Of a DNA stretch of 64,000 nt, positions 41,092-49,685 are shown piece after piece. A program made the translations under genes and the position numbers. Numbering within the stretch: the first letter of the stretch is position 1; each line of letters starts with the position of its first letter. The notes beneath the pieces are model-generated. The model worked only from the letters and a program-made list of their open reading frames with translations. It was not told the origin of the DNA and searched no databases. Source of the stretch: a virus; IMG/VR virus record IMGVR_UViG_3300009151_000044, positions 1-64,000 of that record; one strand, given 5' to 3'.

Positions 41092-43127
41092 TGTACGATA
41101 TAATTTTTATTACCACTAGTAGTAATGCAAGCATAGAAAGATATAAAAAATTTAAATTTTTTTATCCACTGGCTAAACAAGCAAAGACCTACGACGAAGC
41201 AAAGACAAAATCTCTTACAAAATTATTTTGGTTAGTGTGGTATGATGTAGAAGTATTACCATCATTTAATTTTACTTACGAAGTGCCGGATTGGGATCAA
41301 AAATATATCCATATATTTAAACATGATGCTTCGTTTGCCTGTGTTGGAATATGCCTATCATCGAAAGAAATCAATATATCAAAAAGAGAATTTGATTATC
41401 GATACATTATTAACAATAAAAAAGAAATAGACATTCCAGCAACAACCACTAGAAAATATGAGATATTTTGTATTGATACATACAAAGAATATTTAGACGC
41501 GATAGAACGCTGTACAACTGATATGTTTTGGATGATTTCTAATAAGATATCAGTGGTTGACGATTTTAAATTTGATATCACCTTTGATCCATTTGATGGA
41601 AAGTATGACTATGACCGTAATGAGAATCATGCGTTCATTCATAGAGGAAATGGAAAAGATACGTATAACGGAGTATTCTTACTTTCTAAAAATAAACTAT
41701 TGAGTAAACGAGAAGTTGAATATAGATTTCCAGTACAACGTAAAGAATGGGATATTGTTGCTAGCATCACTAAAACTTATGAGATATTTTGTATTGATAC
41801 TTATAAAGAATATTTAGACGCAATGGAAAGCTGTACGACTGGTATGTTTTGGATGACTTCAAAAAAAATAGCGATCGACCCAGATTTTAAATTTGATATC
41901 ACCTTTGATCCATTTGATGGAAAGTATGACTATGACCGTAATGAGAATCATGTGTTTATTCACAGAGACAACGGGAAAGATACGTATAACGGAGTATTCT
42001 TACTTTCTAAAAATAAACCATTAAGTAAACGGGAAATTGAACATAGATTTCCAGTACACCGTAAAGAATGGGATATTGTTGCCAGCGTTCCGCCAGAATA
42101 CGAAAAATTTACGTTAGATACTTATAACGATTATCTAAATGCAGTTTCTAGCTCAAACACTGAATTATTTTGGAATATTCCGTCTAATGTAACTGTTAAT
42201 CCTAATTTTAAATTTAATTTGTTTTTTGGAAAAGAAGAAGAAGAGTATACTTACGATAAGAATATAAACCATTTATTTTTAAATGGTGAACACTATGACG
42301 GGGTTACGTTATACAGCACTCATTCTATAGTAACTGAACGAGAATTTACCAACAGATTTCCATTAAACAAAAAAGAATGGAATGTGATAGCATCAACACC
42401 TAATCCTTATGATATTGTGTTTATATCGTATAATGAATCATTTGCTGATGATAATTTTACTAAATTAAAAATACGTTTTCCTCGGGCAATTCGAGTTCAC
42501 GGAGTTAAAGGAATTCATCAAGCACACATCGAAGCGGCAAAGTTAGCAACTACAGAAATGTTTTGGGTAGTAGATGCTGACGCAATTATTGAAGATTCTT
42601 TTAATTTTGAATTTGAATATATTCCGTATCGTAATATTCAAAGCAGAAAAATGGTTCGCAGTATTGTTCATGTATGGCAAAGTAAAAATCCAATTAATGG
42701 ATTGATATACGGCTATGGCGGAGTTAAGTTGTTGCCTAAGGCATTAACAATGCATATGAGTACTACTACTACTGACATGACTACAAGTATAAGTTCTAAA
42801 TTTAAAGTAATGCCACAAGTATCAAACATAACTGCTTTTAATACAGATCCATTTAATACTTGGAAATCAGCATTTCGCGAATGTGTTAAGTTATCAAGTA
42901 AAGTAATCGACGGCCAAGTTGATATTGAAACTGAAGAAAGATTAGATGCATGGTGTGTGCTTAATGATGATGTGTCTTATGGGTTTTACGCCTACGCAGG
43001 CGCACTCGCTGGTAAAACATACGGCCAAGAAAATGCCGGCAATTTACCGGCGCTTTCTTTAATTAATGATTTTGATTGGTTACGAACTCAGTTTGATGCT
43101 AGTTCAGTTGCCATCGGAAAAATTTGA
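41091..43127 (+). CDS. Multi-repeat glycosyltransferase-like protein; C-terminal domain paralogous to the preceding gene
   Basis: C-terminal YDIVFISYNE...VHGVKGIHQAH...WVVDADA...NGLIYGYGG...WKSAFRECVK, preceded by degenerate ~107-aa repeats. Confidence 0.65.
   Translation: MYDIIFITTSSNASIERYKKFKFFYPLAKQAKTYDEAKTKSLTKLFWLVWYDVEVLPSFNFTYEVPDWDQKYIHIFKHDASFACVGICLSSKEINISKREFDYRYIINNKKEIDIPATTTRKYEIFCIDTYKEYLDAIERCTTDMFWMISNKISVVDDFKFDITFDPFDGKYDYDRNENHAFIHRGNGKDTYNGVFLLSKNKLLSKREVEYRFPVQRKEWDIVASITKTYEIFCIDTYKEYLDAMESCTTGMFWMTSKKIAIDPDFKFDITFDPFDGKYDYDRNENHVFIHRDNGKDTYNGVFLLSKNKPLSKREIEHRFPVHRKEWDIVASVPPEYEKFTLDTYNDYLNAVSSSNTELFWNIPSNVTVNPNFKFNLFFGKEEEEYTYDKNINHLFLNGEHYDGVTLYSTHSIVTEREFTNRFPLNKKEWNVIASTPNPYDIVFISYNESFADDNFTKLKIRFPRAIRVHGVKGIHQAHIEAAKLATTEMFWVVDADAIIEDSFNFEFEYIPYRNIQSRKMVRSIVHVWQSKNPINGLIYGYGGVKLLPKALTMHMSTTTTDMTTSISSKFKVMPQVSNITAFNTDPFNTWKSAFRECVKLSSKVIDGQVDIETEERLDAWCVLNDDVSYGFYAYAGALAGKTYGQENAGNLPALSLINDFDWLRTQFDASSVAIGKI
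41457..42098 (+). repeat. 321-bp in-frame tandem duplication (41457-41777, 41778-42098); a diverged third copy follows
   Basis: Both units start tatgagatattttgtattgatac and share long identical blocks, e.g. gattttaaatttgatatcacctttgatccatttgatggaaagtatgactatgaccgtaatgagaatcatg. Confidence 0.9.
43035..43051 (-). terminator. Putative intrinsic terminator at the convergence of late (+) and early (-) transcription
   Basis: Minus strand GCCGGTA-AAT-TGCCGGC followed by ATTTTCTT, 36 nt past the thyX stop. The plus strand also reads GCCGG..CCGGC followed by GCTTTCTTT. Confidence 0.5.
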
Positions 43128-43756
43128 GCGATAACTCGAGCACACGCAATTGCCACTTCTTGATGTTCTTTCTGTGTACCATTAGCACTACGTAGTTCAA
43201 TAAAATGAATCCAGCTACGTAATGTACCATTCATATACAATCGACTTTCAATAAGGCCTTCCGGTAATACAGCCCGAGCTTGTTCTTTTGCTATGCCGTT
43301 AACGATAGCCCACTCGTACTCTCTTTTTGCGGCATAGATGACTCGTTGTTGGGCACGATACCATTCATTTTGTAACAGTTGATCATCGACTGGGACACTG
43401 TTCTGTCTATTCTTCTCGTCTTGCAACCGTGCTTCTCTACATACAAACGACAGGTCTTTAGTAGGGTCAGCATATCGCTGACTGAACTCTTGGAAGCTGA
43501 AACTTCTGTGTCTAAGGATTTGTCGGGCAATATCTCTGGTTGTAGTAATTTCAATACAGGCACTGACCATTTCGAGAGGGCTCCAGTGTTGGTGTTTGAC
43601 CAAGTACTTGATGAGTTTGTCTGACGTCTCTGTGTTGAGCTGATTGGAGGGATTGCTGACACGGGCGCAATACGCAATGAGTTCTTGCGCATCCGCAAGA
43701 CCCAGCTCTCTGAATTCCTCTGTAGGTTGGGAATATGATAAAAGTTTAACATTCAT
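43088..43756 (-). CDS. thyX: FAD-dependent thymidylate synthase ThyX
   Basis: HWSPLE; RQILRHRSFSFQEFSQRY; KEQARAVLP; TQKEH. Confidence 0.97.
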   Translation of the reverse strand: MNVKLLSYSQPTEEFRELGLADAQELIAYCARVSNPSNQLNTETSDKLIKYLVKHQHWSPLEMVSACIEITTTRDIARQILRHRSFSFQEFSQRYADPTKDLSFVCREARLQDEKNRQNSVPVDDQLLQNEWYRAQQRVIYAAKREYEWAIVNGIAKEQARAVLPEGLIESRLYMNGTLRSWIHFIELRSANGTQKEHQEVAIACARVIAQIFPMATELASN

Positions 43757-44321
43757 TTTTGTTTATTATAATTTTGGTTGCTATTGTAAATCGAGGAAAC
43801 TCTGCTATCTTTGATGGGGTAGTAGCAGAATGCATTAGTACAGAATCAAACACTAGTACTCTACCCGGTTTAACTGTTGATGTAAAAATTGCGTCAACGG
43901 AATTAGAGTCATAAAAAATAGTTTCGCCGTGCCAGTTTGGATCCCAAGTATAGTTTGCATATTGAAGTATCGTATATACTCCTTCTTGGAATGTGTTACA
44001 GTCTGCGTGAATCAGATCAGCTGTGTCTGAGGTAGAATAGTTAACATATTGTCTAACGTCACTAACTTGTTCCCATGGTATAAAATCAATGGTTTTAGAA
44101 TATTTGTCTAAGGTAAATTGATATAACATATCATGTTGCCCTAAATTACAAATCCATTTTTTATTAGTTTCGTTTACATTAAATGATAGATCTACATTTG
44201 TTCTAGTAAAATTTAGTTGAGATATAATTGCGTAGATATCAAAATTTTCTTGAGATGAAAATGCGTCATCATACACATAGATTTTTTTATTGTTAAAATT
44301 AAATTCTTTGCAATCGGGCAT
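43746..44321 (-). CDS. 2OG-Fe(II) oxygenase (prolyl-4-hydroxylase-like)
   Basis: HAD...YAN..WD..W.GET.F...PGRVLVFD...H....PRFTIA (HxD...H...R). Confidence 0.85.
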   Translation of the reverse strand: MPDCKEFNFNNKKIYVYDDAFSSQENFDIYAIISQLNFTRTNVDLSFNVNETNKKWICNLGQHDMLYQFTLDKYSKTIDFIPWEQVSDVRQYVNYSTSDTADLIHADCNTFQEGVYTILQYANYTWDPNWHGETIFYDSNSVDAIFTSTVKPGRVLVFDSVLMHSATTPSKIAEFPRFTIATKIIINKNEC

Positions 44322-44641
44322 TATAATTTTCGATTTTTTAAAAATTTCTCGGTGGATTTTTCTATATCTTTTTTAACTTTAATAGTGTCAAGTTTAAAAT
44401 CAATATTATCAATCCGTTTTTCATATGCCTTAAATAATTCTGACAACGATTTTTCGAAAGATTCCCATCCATCTTTTTTTGTCTTAGCTGTAACTTTTAT
44501 TTCCCAAGTCTTGCCATCTTTAAAATTGACCAGTACCGCATGGAGATACCTAAGTGGTAACACGTTGAGCTTTACCTCTCCGAATACTTCTGGCCAATGC
44601 TCAATGACTTCTTTGGGAAGAATTCTTCCCGCAGTCATCAC
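44321..44641 (-). CDS. Hypothetical protein
   Basis: 106-aa ORF coupled to both neighbours. Confidence 0.7.
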   Translation of the reverse strand: MMTAGRILPKEVIEHWPEVFGEVKLNVLPLRYLHAVLVNFKDGKTWEIKVTAKTKKDGWESFEKSLSELFKAYEKRIDNIDFKLDTIKVKKDIEKSTEKFLKNRKL

Positions 44642-45240
44642 TTAGCTTTTTTGGTCGGAACCAACTCCTCGGCCAAACGGCGCATAGCGGCAGCTTCTTT
44701 AGCAAGTTTATCAGCTTGTGAACGATAAAACTTGGCTTGATCTTCTGGAGTACCTGTTGGAGCAACTACTGGTTGAGCTATTTCAGGAGCACTTGTTGTA
44801 AGTTCTTTAGCAGATGCTACTTCAGTTAGTTTAGCAGTATCACCTAACCCTGGAGCAATAGATAATCCATCTACGGCAATACCGCGTTGTTCTGCGATGA
44901 TCTGATTTAATTCAGAAAGTAAAATAGACACACCAATTGACGGAGTCATTTCAATCTGATCAGTACCAACTTTAATTAGTCGACCTTTTGAATGTAGACT
45001 TGGCAACATACGGCTTCCGTCTGGAAATTGTGTGCGATCTAATGCTTCGGCAAACTCATATGCTTCTTGAGCGGTTGCGCTTTCGACCAAATTAATGAGA
45101 GCATTATGATATTGGTCATCTAGGCTTTCAGTCGGTACGACTAGTGCGCTATATGCGTCACCTGGTAGAGTTCTATAAGCAACAAGTACTTTCTTATTTG
45201 ATGCTTTGATTCTACCTACGTGTTTTAATGATTGTGCCAT
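44638..45240 (-). CDS. Hypothetical protein
   Basis: Start at ATG 45240 after AGGAG. Confidence 0.75.
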   Translation of the reverse strand: MAQSLKHVGRIKASNKKVLVAYRTLPGDAYSALVVPTESLDDQYHNALINLVESATAQEAYEFAEALDRTQFPDGSRMLPSLHSKGRLIKVGTDQIEMTPSIGVSILLSELNQIIAEQRGIAVDGLSIAPGLGDTAKLTEVASAKELTTSAPEIAQPVVAPTGTPEDQAKFYRSQADKLAKEAAAMRRLAEELVPTKKAK

Positions 45241-45241
45241 A

Positions 45242-45475
45242 TTAGGCTCCTTGTTTAGATGCTTCTGCTTGTTTAGCAACTTGATCTAAGAATGTTGTTA
45301 GTTTGTTATATGTTTGCCCTACAACAGCCATTTCGTTTGGTTTAAATGCGCCTCGAGAGCTAGCAATATCAATAATAACTTTCATTGCGTTAAGATCGTT
45401 AATATTAAGTTCGGCCGCATTTTCTTGCGATTGTTCTGTTGTTGCTTCTTGATTTGTTTCCACTTGATCAGTCAT
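45242..45475 (-). CDS. Hypothetical protein
   Basis: 77 aa; strong AAGGAG RBS. Confidence 0.75.
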   Translation of the reverse strand: MTDQVETNQEATTEQSQENAAELNINDLNAMKVIIDIASSRGAFKPNEMAVVGQTYNKLTTFLDQVAKQAEASKQGA

Positions 45476-45506
45476 GGTATCTCCTTAAATTAAGTGTGTA
45501 TATAAT

Positions 45507-45794
45507 TTATCTCAATTGTAAATGTGGACAGGCAATTGTGAAGAAGCTGAGTTCTTTTTCACTTTCAAAGCCGATTCTTGTAGTATATACGATAGTATTA
45601 GTATAATCTAAAGCTAGATCTTGCCCGATATAATACCTATTATTTAGGTTATTCATTATCCACTGATTAACTAATTTAATAAATGTAGGGGTGTGTTTTT
45701 CTATTACAGTATATTTAAAATGAGGAGCGGCAAACTCAACTCTCCGTAAATCAAAATAATTTAAAGGATTAGGTTTGCCATTCTTTAAAGCCAT
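45507..45794 (-). CDS. Hypothetical protein
   Basis: 95-aa ORF abutting the VWA gene; C-terminal IGFESEKELSFF. Confidence 0.7.
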   Translation of the reverse strand: MALKNGKPNPLNYFDLRRVEFAAPHFKYTVIEKHTPTFIKLVNQWIMNNLNNRYYIGQDLALDYTNTIVYTTRIGFESEKELSFFTIACPHLQLR

Positions 45795-46997
45795 TTATGC
45801 CATTTCCTTAACTTCTTCGTAGTAAGCGTACTCGCCCCAAGGTGGCACAATAGTATTATTTCCATGAATAATAAAAATAGTATCACAGTAGTTTTCGTCG
45901 CCCCACGAGCTCCAAGGATAACCGTCTGTGAACATGATAAACTTTTTAGGTTGAATATCGTGTTCTTTCATATAATCCCAGTTAGCATCAAACTCAGTAC
46001 CGCCACCGCCCATGACTTCATAGTCGTCAAACTCGTCCATGGTGTAACCGTCAAAGTCTGCTTCGTTATATACCTTAGTGTCAAAGCACCAAACCTTAAT
46101 TTTAAAGTCTTTGTACTCTTCCATAATGCCTTTAATTTCTGTTAGGAAATCTTTAGCTTGTTCGTCGCCAATTGAACCAGACATGTCGATTGATACACAG
46201 ATATCAATTGTTTCCTGAAATTGTGTACCTGGCAAAATAGCACTCATATGCCAGCCTTTGCGGTTAGGGCGCATGAATGAATAATCGTTTTTAATGGTGC
46301 TTTGAATTTGTTGACGCAAAATTTCACGCCAGTTCATCTTAGGCTCAGTAAGTTCTTTGATCATACGTTGAACGCTGGCAGGTGTATTCCCAGCACCCGC
46401 CGCCTGCGCCGCTTGCATTGTTGCTTCACGAATTTCGTCACGGATTTGTTTTAATTCATCTTTTGTATACGACGGTTTACCTTGACCATCTTTACCATCT
46501 TTACCATCTTTATCGCCCCAGTCGATATGATCATCAAGTAATTGACCAAGAGCGTCTAATTCTTGTTCGTCCATCTCGTCAAATATCTTGTCGTAGACTT
46601 CTTCAGCACCCATACCGTAGTACTTTTGATCATGGAAAATTGTAATGCCTTTAATTTGATGATCACCAATATGATCGCGAACTAATTGTCCATTAACACA
46701 ATAGTCGGCGGCAATGTTAAAAATACGTGCATTACGTCCTTCTTTACGACCCATATGGTCAAATACGTTATGAAGAATTTCGTGAGCAATAACAAATTCC
46801 ACTTGTTTAGTAGTAAGTGGTTCGAAAAATGTGCGATTAAAATAAATGGTTCTGCCGTCTGTGGCAGCGGTGCCCATCCATTCAGAGCCTTCTTCAATTT
46901 TCAAACGTGTAGCCATGTTGCCAAAAAATGGATGACGAAGTAGCAGACCTACTCGGGCTACAATAATTTTATCAATAATTGGATCATTGTGTGACAT
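45795..46997 (-). CDS. Metallopeptidase-like plus VWA domain protein (DUF2201-like)
   Basis: TAATDG; HEILH (HExxH); NIAAD; MIDAS-like IDMSGS, GGGGT and FTDG. Confidence 0.9.
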   Translation of the reverse strand: MSHNDPIIDKIIVARVGLLLRHPFFGNMATRLKIEEGSEWMGTAATDGRTIYFNRTFFEPLTTKQVEFVIAHEILHNVFDHMGRKEGRNARIFNIAADYCVNGQLVRDHIGDHQIKGITIFHDQKYYGMGAEEVYDKIFDEMDEQELDALGQLLDDHIDWGDKDGKDGKDGQGKPSYTKDELKQIRDEIREATMQAAQAAGAGNTPASVQRMIKELTEPKMNWREILRQQIQSTIKNDYSFMRPNRKGWHMSAILPGTQFQETIDICVSIDMSGSIGDEQAKDFLTEIKGIMEEYKDFKIKVWCFDTKVYNEADFDGYTMDEFDDYEVMGGGGTEFDANWDYMKEHDIQPKKFIMFTDGYPWSSWGDENYCDTIFIIHGNNTIVPPWGEYAYYEEVKEMA

Positions 46998-47027
46998 ATC
47001 TACTCCTGATGTTTGCTGTATGTATAT

Positions 47028-47056
47028 ATTATAACAGGACCCGAAGGTCCTGTCAA
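47028..47056 (-). promoter_or_regulatory. Consensus sigma70 promoter whose spacer is a UUCG hairpin
   Basis: Minus strand TTGACA-ggaccttcgggtcctgt(17)-TATAAT; perfect 8-bp inverted repeat 47034-47041/47046-47053. Confidence 0.85.
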
Positions 47057-47071
47057 TTGGTTTTATAACTG

Positions 47072-48172
47072 TTAACGACTTTCTTTTTCTGTAGCCGCCG
47101 CAATGTACTTACCAAATTTAGAGTGGAATGCATCGAAGCACTCAATTTCGTCCGGATCCAACGGCAATTTGTAAGTGCTCAATGCCAATTTAGTACCCAT
47201 AATGACCAACTCAGTTTCAAAGTTATTCATAATGAATTCAAAGAAGTTGTTAACTTGTTTGTTCCAATCTTTAGCACCTTTGTCGCAACTATCTTTGAGC
47301 TCGTAGCATAATGCTACAGTAAGTGAATACATAGCTGAGATCTCTTTCGAATCCATCTTCTTAACTTTGCCATTCAAAATGTCAGTAGGGTTAGGCATCT
47401 TGCTGGCGTGTTTACGGTGCGCCATAAATTTAATAGCCAGACCCTCACCGATTGATCCTGAAGTTAGGTCAGTTAATGTATCGGCATCAGTGTCGTCATC
47501 TACAAGTAGTTCACTAACAAATGACCAACTACGTGGCGTAGCAAAGGCACGTGAGCTAGACTTTGGATCAAAGTCATATAAGTCTTTCTTGCTGAAAGTC
47601 AAAAAGCCCACAACATCTTTATGGATCTTATTAAGTACAGCCCATTCGTTCCAGTCTTCCCATTCAACTTGCATTTCCAAGTGAACAAAACGATTAGCCA
47701 ACGGAGCAGGCATACGATAAGTAACACCCTTGTCAGTTTCACGGTTACCGGCCGCAACCATTACTACGTTATCGGGCAATTCATAAGTACCGACCTTACG
47801 GTTAAGAACTAGTTGATAAGCCGCGGCTTGTACGCTAGGTGCGGCACTATTCATTTCGTCCATAAACAAGATAATTTGTTTATGTTGTTTGGCAAACTCT
47901 TTACTTGGTAACTCGCCAGGAGGCGCCCATACCATAGTGCCCGAGTTGCTATCAAAATATGGAATACCTTTGATATCAGTAGGTTCCCAAAGAGAAAGAC
48001 GAACGTCAATCACGTGAGCTTCTAACTCGTCGCCGAGTTGTTTAATAATATCGGATTTGCCAATACCTGGAGGACCCCAGAGGAAAATTGGACGCTTGTT
48101 TTTAAAAGCCTTACGTAGAGACTTTTTAGCGTTTTTTGGGCCTACTGTGCGGCTAAGAATTTCTGCTGCCAT
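47072..48172 (-). CDS. AAA+ ATPase (MoxR/AAA_5-like), partner of the VWA protein
   Basis: Walker A GPPGIGKS; Walker B LFMDE; AAGN sensor; PLANRF; TPRSW. Confidence 0.92.
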   Translation of the reverse strand: MAAEILSRTVGPKNAKKSLRKAFKNKRPIFLWGPPGIGKSDIIKQLGDELEAHVIDVRLSLWEPTDIKGIPYFDSNSGTMVWAPPGELPSKEFAKQHKQIILFMDEMNSAAPSVQAAAYQLVLNRKVGTYELPDNVVMVAAGNRETDKGVTYRMPAPLANRFVHLEMQVEWEDWNEWAVLNKIHKDVVGFLTFSKKDLYDFDPKSSSRAFATPRSWSFVSELLVDDDTDADTLTDLTSGSIGEGLAIKFMAHRKHASKMPNPTDILNGKVKKMDSKEISAMYSLTVALCYELKDSCDKGAKDWNKQVNNFFEFIMNNFETELVIMGTKLALSTYKLPLDPDEIECFDAFHSKFGKYIAAATEKESR

Positions 48173-48222
48173 TTTACATTTCCTTAAAGTTTAGCGGGGT
48201 TAAAAATTTACTTTATGTAGCT

Positions 48223-48251
48223 ATTATACAGCTACCTCGAGGAAGTGTCAA
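48223..48251 (-). promoter_or_regulatory. Consensus sigma70 promoter for the AAA ATPase gene
   Basis: Minus strand TTGACA-N17-TATAAT; the -10 box is flanked by the inverted repeat GTAGCT/AGCTAC. Confidence 0.85.
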
Positions 48252-48655
48252 GCGGTATTTTCAGAATCTATTTCTTTTTGTCGCTCATTCATTGCTTTTA
48301 TGAGCCCAAATTTTCGTATATCGTCTGAAAACAACATTAGCTCAAAACTCTTCTTTTCCGAAAAGACAGTAATACTTTGGTTAGTTAGCAAGTAAGGACA
48401 GTCAATATATCTTTCCAAAAAGATAATTGTCTGTGGACTAAGTTCGATTGGTTCAGTAAATGGAATCTCGTATTCCTTTAATTCTAACTCACTAGTCAAA
48501 AACATGTACCCTTCTTCACTAAGCCGAAAGGCAGTTTGTTTGTTCACTCGATTTGATTGCCACCACTTATGCGAATATAGATTTACATTAGTTTCGTCTA
48601 CACTCTTACCCCACTGTTGTAAGAATATTTTGGTTAGCACATCTCTGGTTATCAT
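48248..48655 (-). CDS. Hypothetical protein
   Basis: 135-aa ORF; WW...FRLSEEG...LERYIDCPY. Confidence 0.7.
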   Translation of the reverse strand: MITRDVLTKIFLQQWGKSVDETNVNLYSHKWWQSNRVNKQTAFRLSEEGYMFLTSELELKEYEIPFTEPIELSPQTIIFLERYIDCPYLLTNQSITVFSEKKSFELMLFSDDIRKFGLIKAMNERQKEIDSENTA

Positions 48656-48936
48656 TTTACGATAGTGCCAGAAGTTAATTTAACAACCTGAAAATCTTCA
48701 GATCCAAATGTTAAATTTAATTTCTTAGCAAGATTTACTGCGTGACCCGGATTAGAGAAGCTGGTCTTTTTATACTTTGGCCCAGGATAGCTGGTAAGAC
48801 TGTTGAACGATTTTAGATTGAATGGCTCGTTCTTATAGAATACGGCCCAGATAGCATCTGCTTCTAAAACTTGTTCAGCTTTATACGTTTTTTTGTTGGT
48901 GTACTCTAATAGTACTTTAGGTTTAGGTCTGCTCAT
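48652..48936 (-). CDS. Conserved-looking hypothetical protein (MSRPKP...)
   Basis: Start at ATG 48936, preceded by late-type motifs at 48965-48982. Confidence 0.7.
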   Translation of the reverse strand: MSRPKPKVLLEYTNKKTYKAEQVLEADAIWAVFYKNEPFNLKSFNSLTSYPGPKYKKTSFSNPGHAVNLAKKLNLTFGSEDFQVVKLTSGTIVK

Positions 48937-48964
48937 ATATGCGTATCCAAATAATATACGCATA

Positions 48965-48982
48965 TATTTATCTTTATTTAGG
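48965..48982 (-). promoter_or_regulatory. Two tandem late-promoter-like motifs (CCTAAATA, GATAAATA)
   Basis: Minus-strand matches to the recurrent TAAATA motif upstream of ATG 48936. Confidence 0.5.
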
Positions 48983-49222
48983 CAGTTCGAATCCGCCACC
49001 GTCCATCTCTACAGATATAACTTCAGAGTCTACGCTACGTTTAAGAGCACTATACATGCTTTCGTAGTCTTGGTTCATTTTATCCATCATCTCGGCAAGT
49101 GCTAAACCAAGCATCCTAGCCTGTTGTAAAGACATTTTAACTTCTTTACTTTGAGCTTGTTCAGCACTTCTAACCTGTTGTATAAATTGTGTAACAGGGC
49201 TTAAATTAATCTGATTTTGCAT
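48974..49222 (-). CDS. Hypothetical protein
   Basis: 82-aa ORF ending MDGGGF. Confidence 0.7.
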   Translation of the reverse strand: MQNQINLSPVTQFIQQVRSAEQAQSKEVKMSLQQARMLGLALAEMMDKMNQDYESMYSALKRSVDSEVISVEMDGGGFELPK

Positions 49223-49685
49223 TTGACAGTACCTGTTTCATTTCAATTTCTGATTTAAATGGGCCTTTGTATGGGTAACGTTCAACAGTAATTGCTTTTG
49301 GACAAAAACTTTTAACCCAGCCCTTGTCAAATTTAATTACATAGTAACCAGCACAATATAGACTCTTACTAGCATTTGATTTAGTAAACAACGGTAGTTT
49401 ACGCCTTACATCGTACATGCTGTTATACGGACTACAACTTGTTGGGTAACTGTGACACTCATACGGAGCAGAATGTGTTACCTTAACTTTGGTACTGGTT
49501 AAGAAAAACTGTTCTCCAAACTGTTTAGTTAAGTCTTGTTTTTTATTAAACATGACTTCTCCCTTAGTACTACTCAAAACAAATTTATTATTTTCTTTTT
49601 TATGTAGGGTAGCAATCTTAGATCCGCCTTGCTCTACGATCCAAAATTTGCCGTCTACGATCGGCTTTGCGTGAATATCTGTCAT
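49206..49685 (-). CDS. Hypothetical protein
   Basis: 159 aa; LPLFTK..S.S.YCAGYY...W.KSFCPK...Y.GPFK. Confidence 0.75.
   Translation of the reverse strand: MTDIHAKPIVDGKFWIVEQGGSKIATLHKKENNKFVLSSTKGEVMFNKKQDLTKQFGEQFFLTSTKVKVTHSAPYECHSYPTSCSPYNSMYDVRRKLPLFTKSNASKSLYCAGYYVIKFDKGWVKSFCPKAITVERYPYKGPFKSEIEMKQVLSNAKSD

Noticed and set aside
46485-46511. 3 x ACCATCTTT tandem repeat as a phase-variation site
   Set aside because: It is an in-frame 9-mer encoding a KDG linker; copy-number change would not shift the frame.
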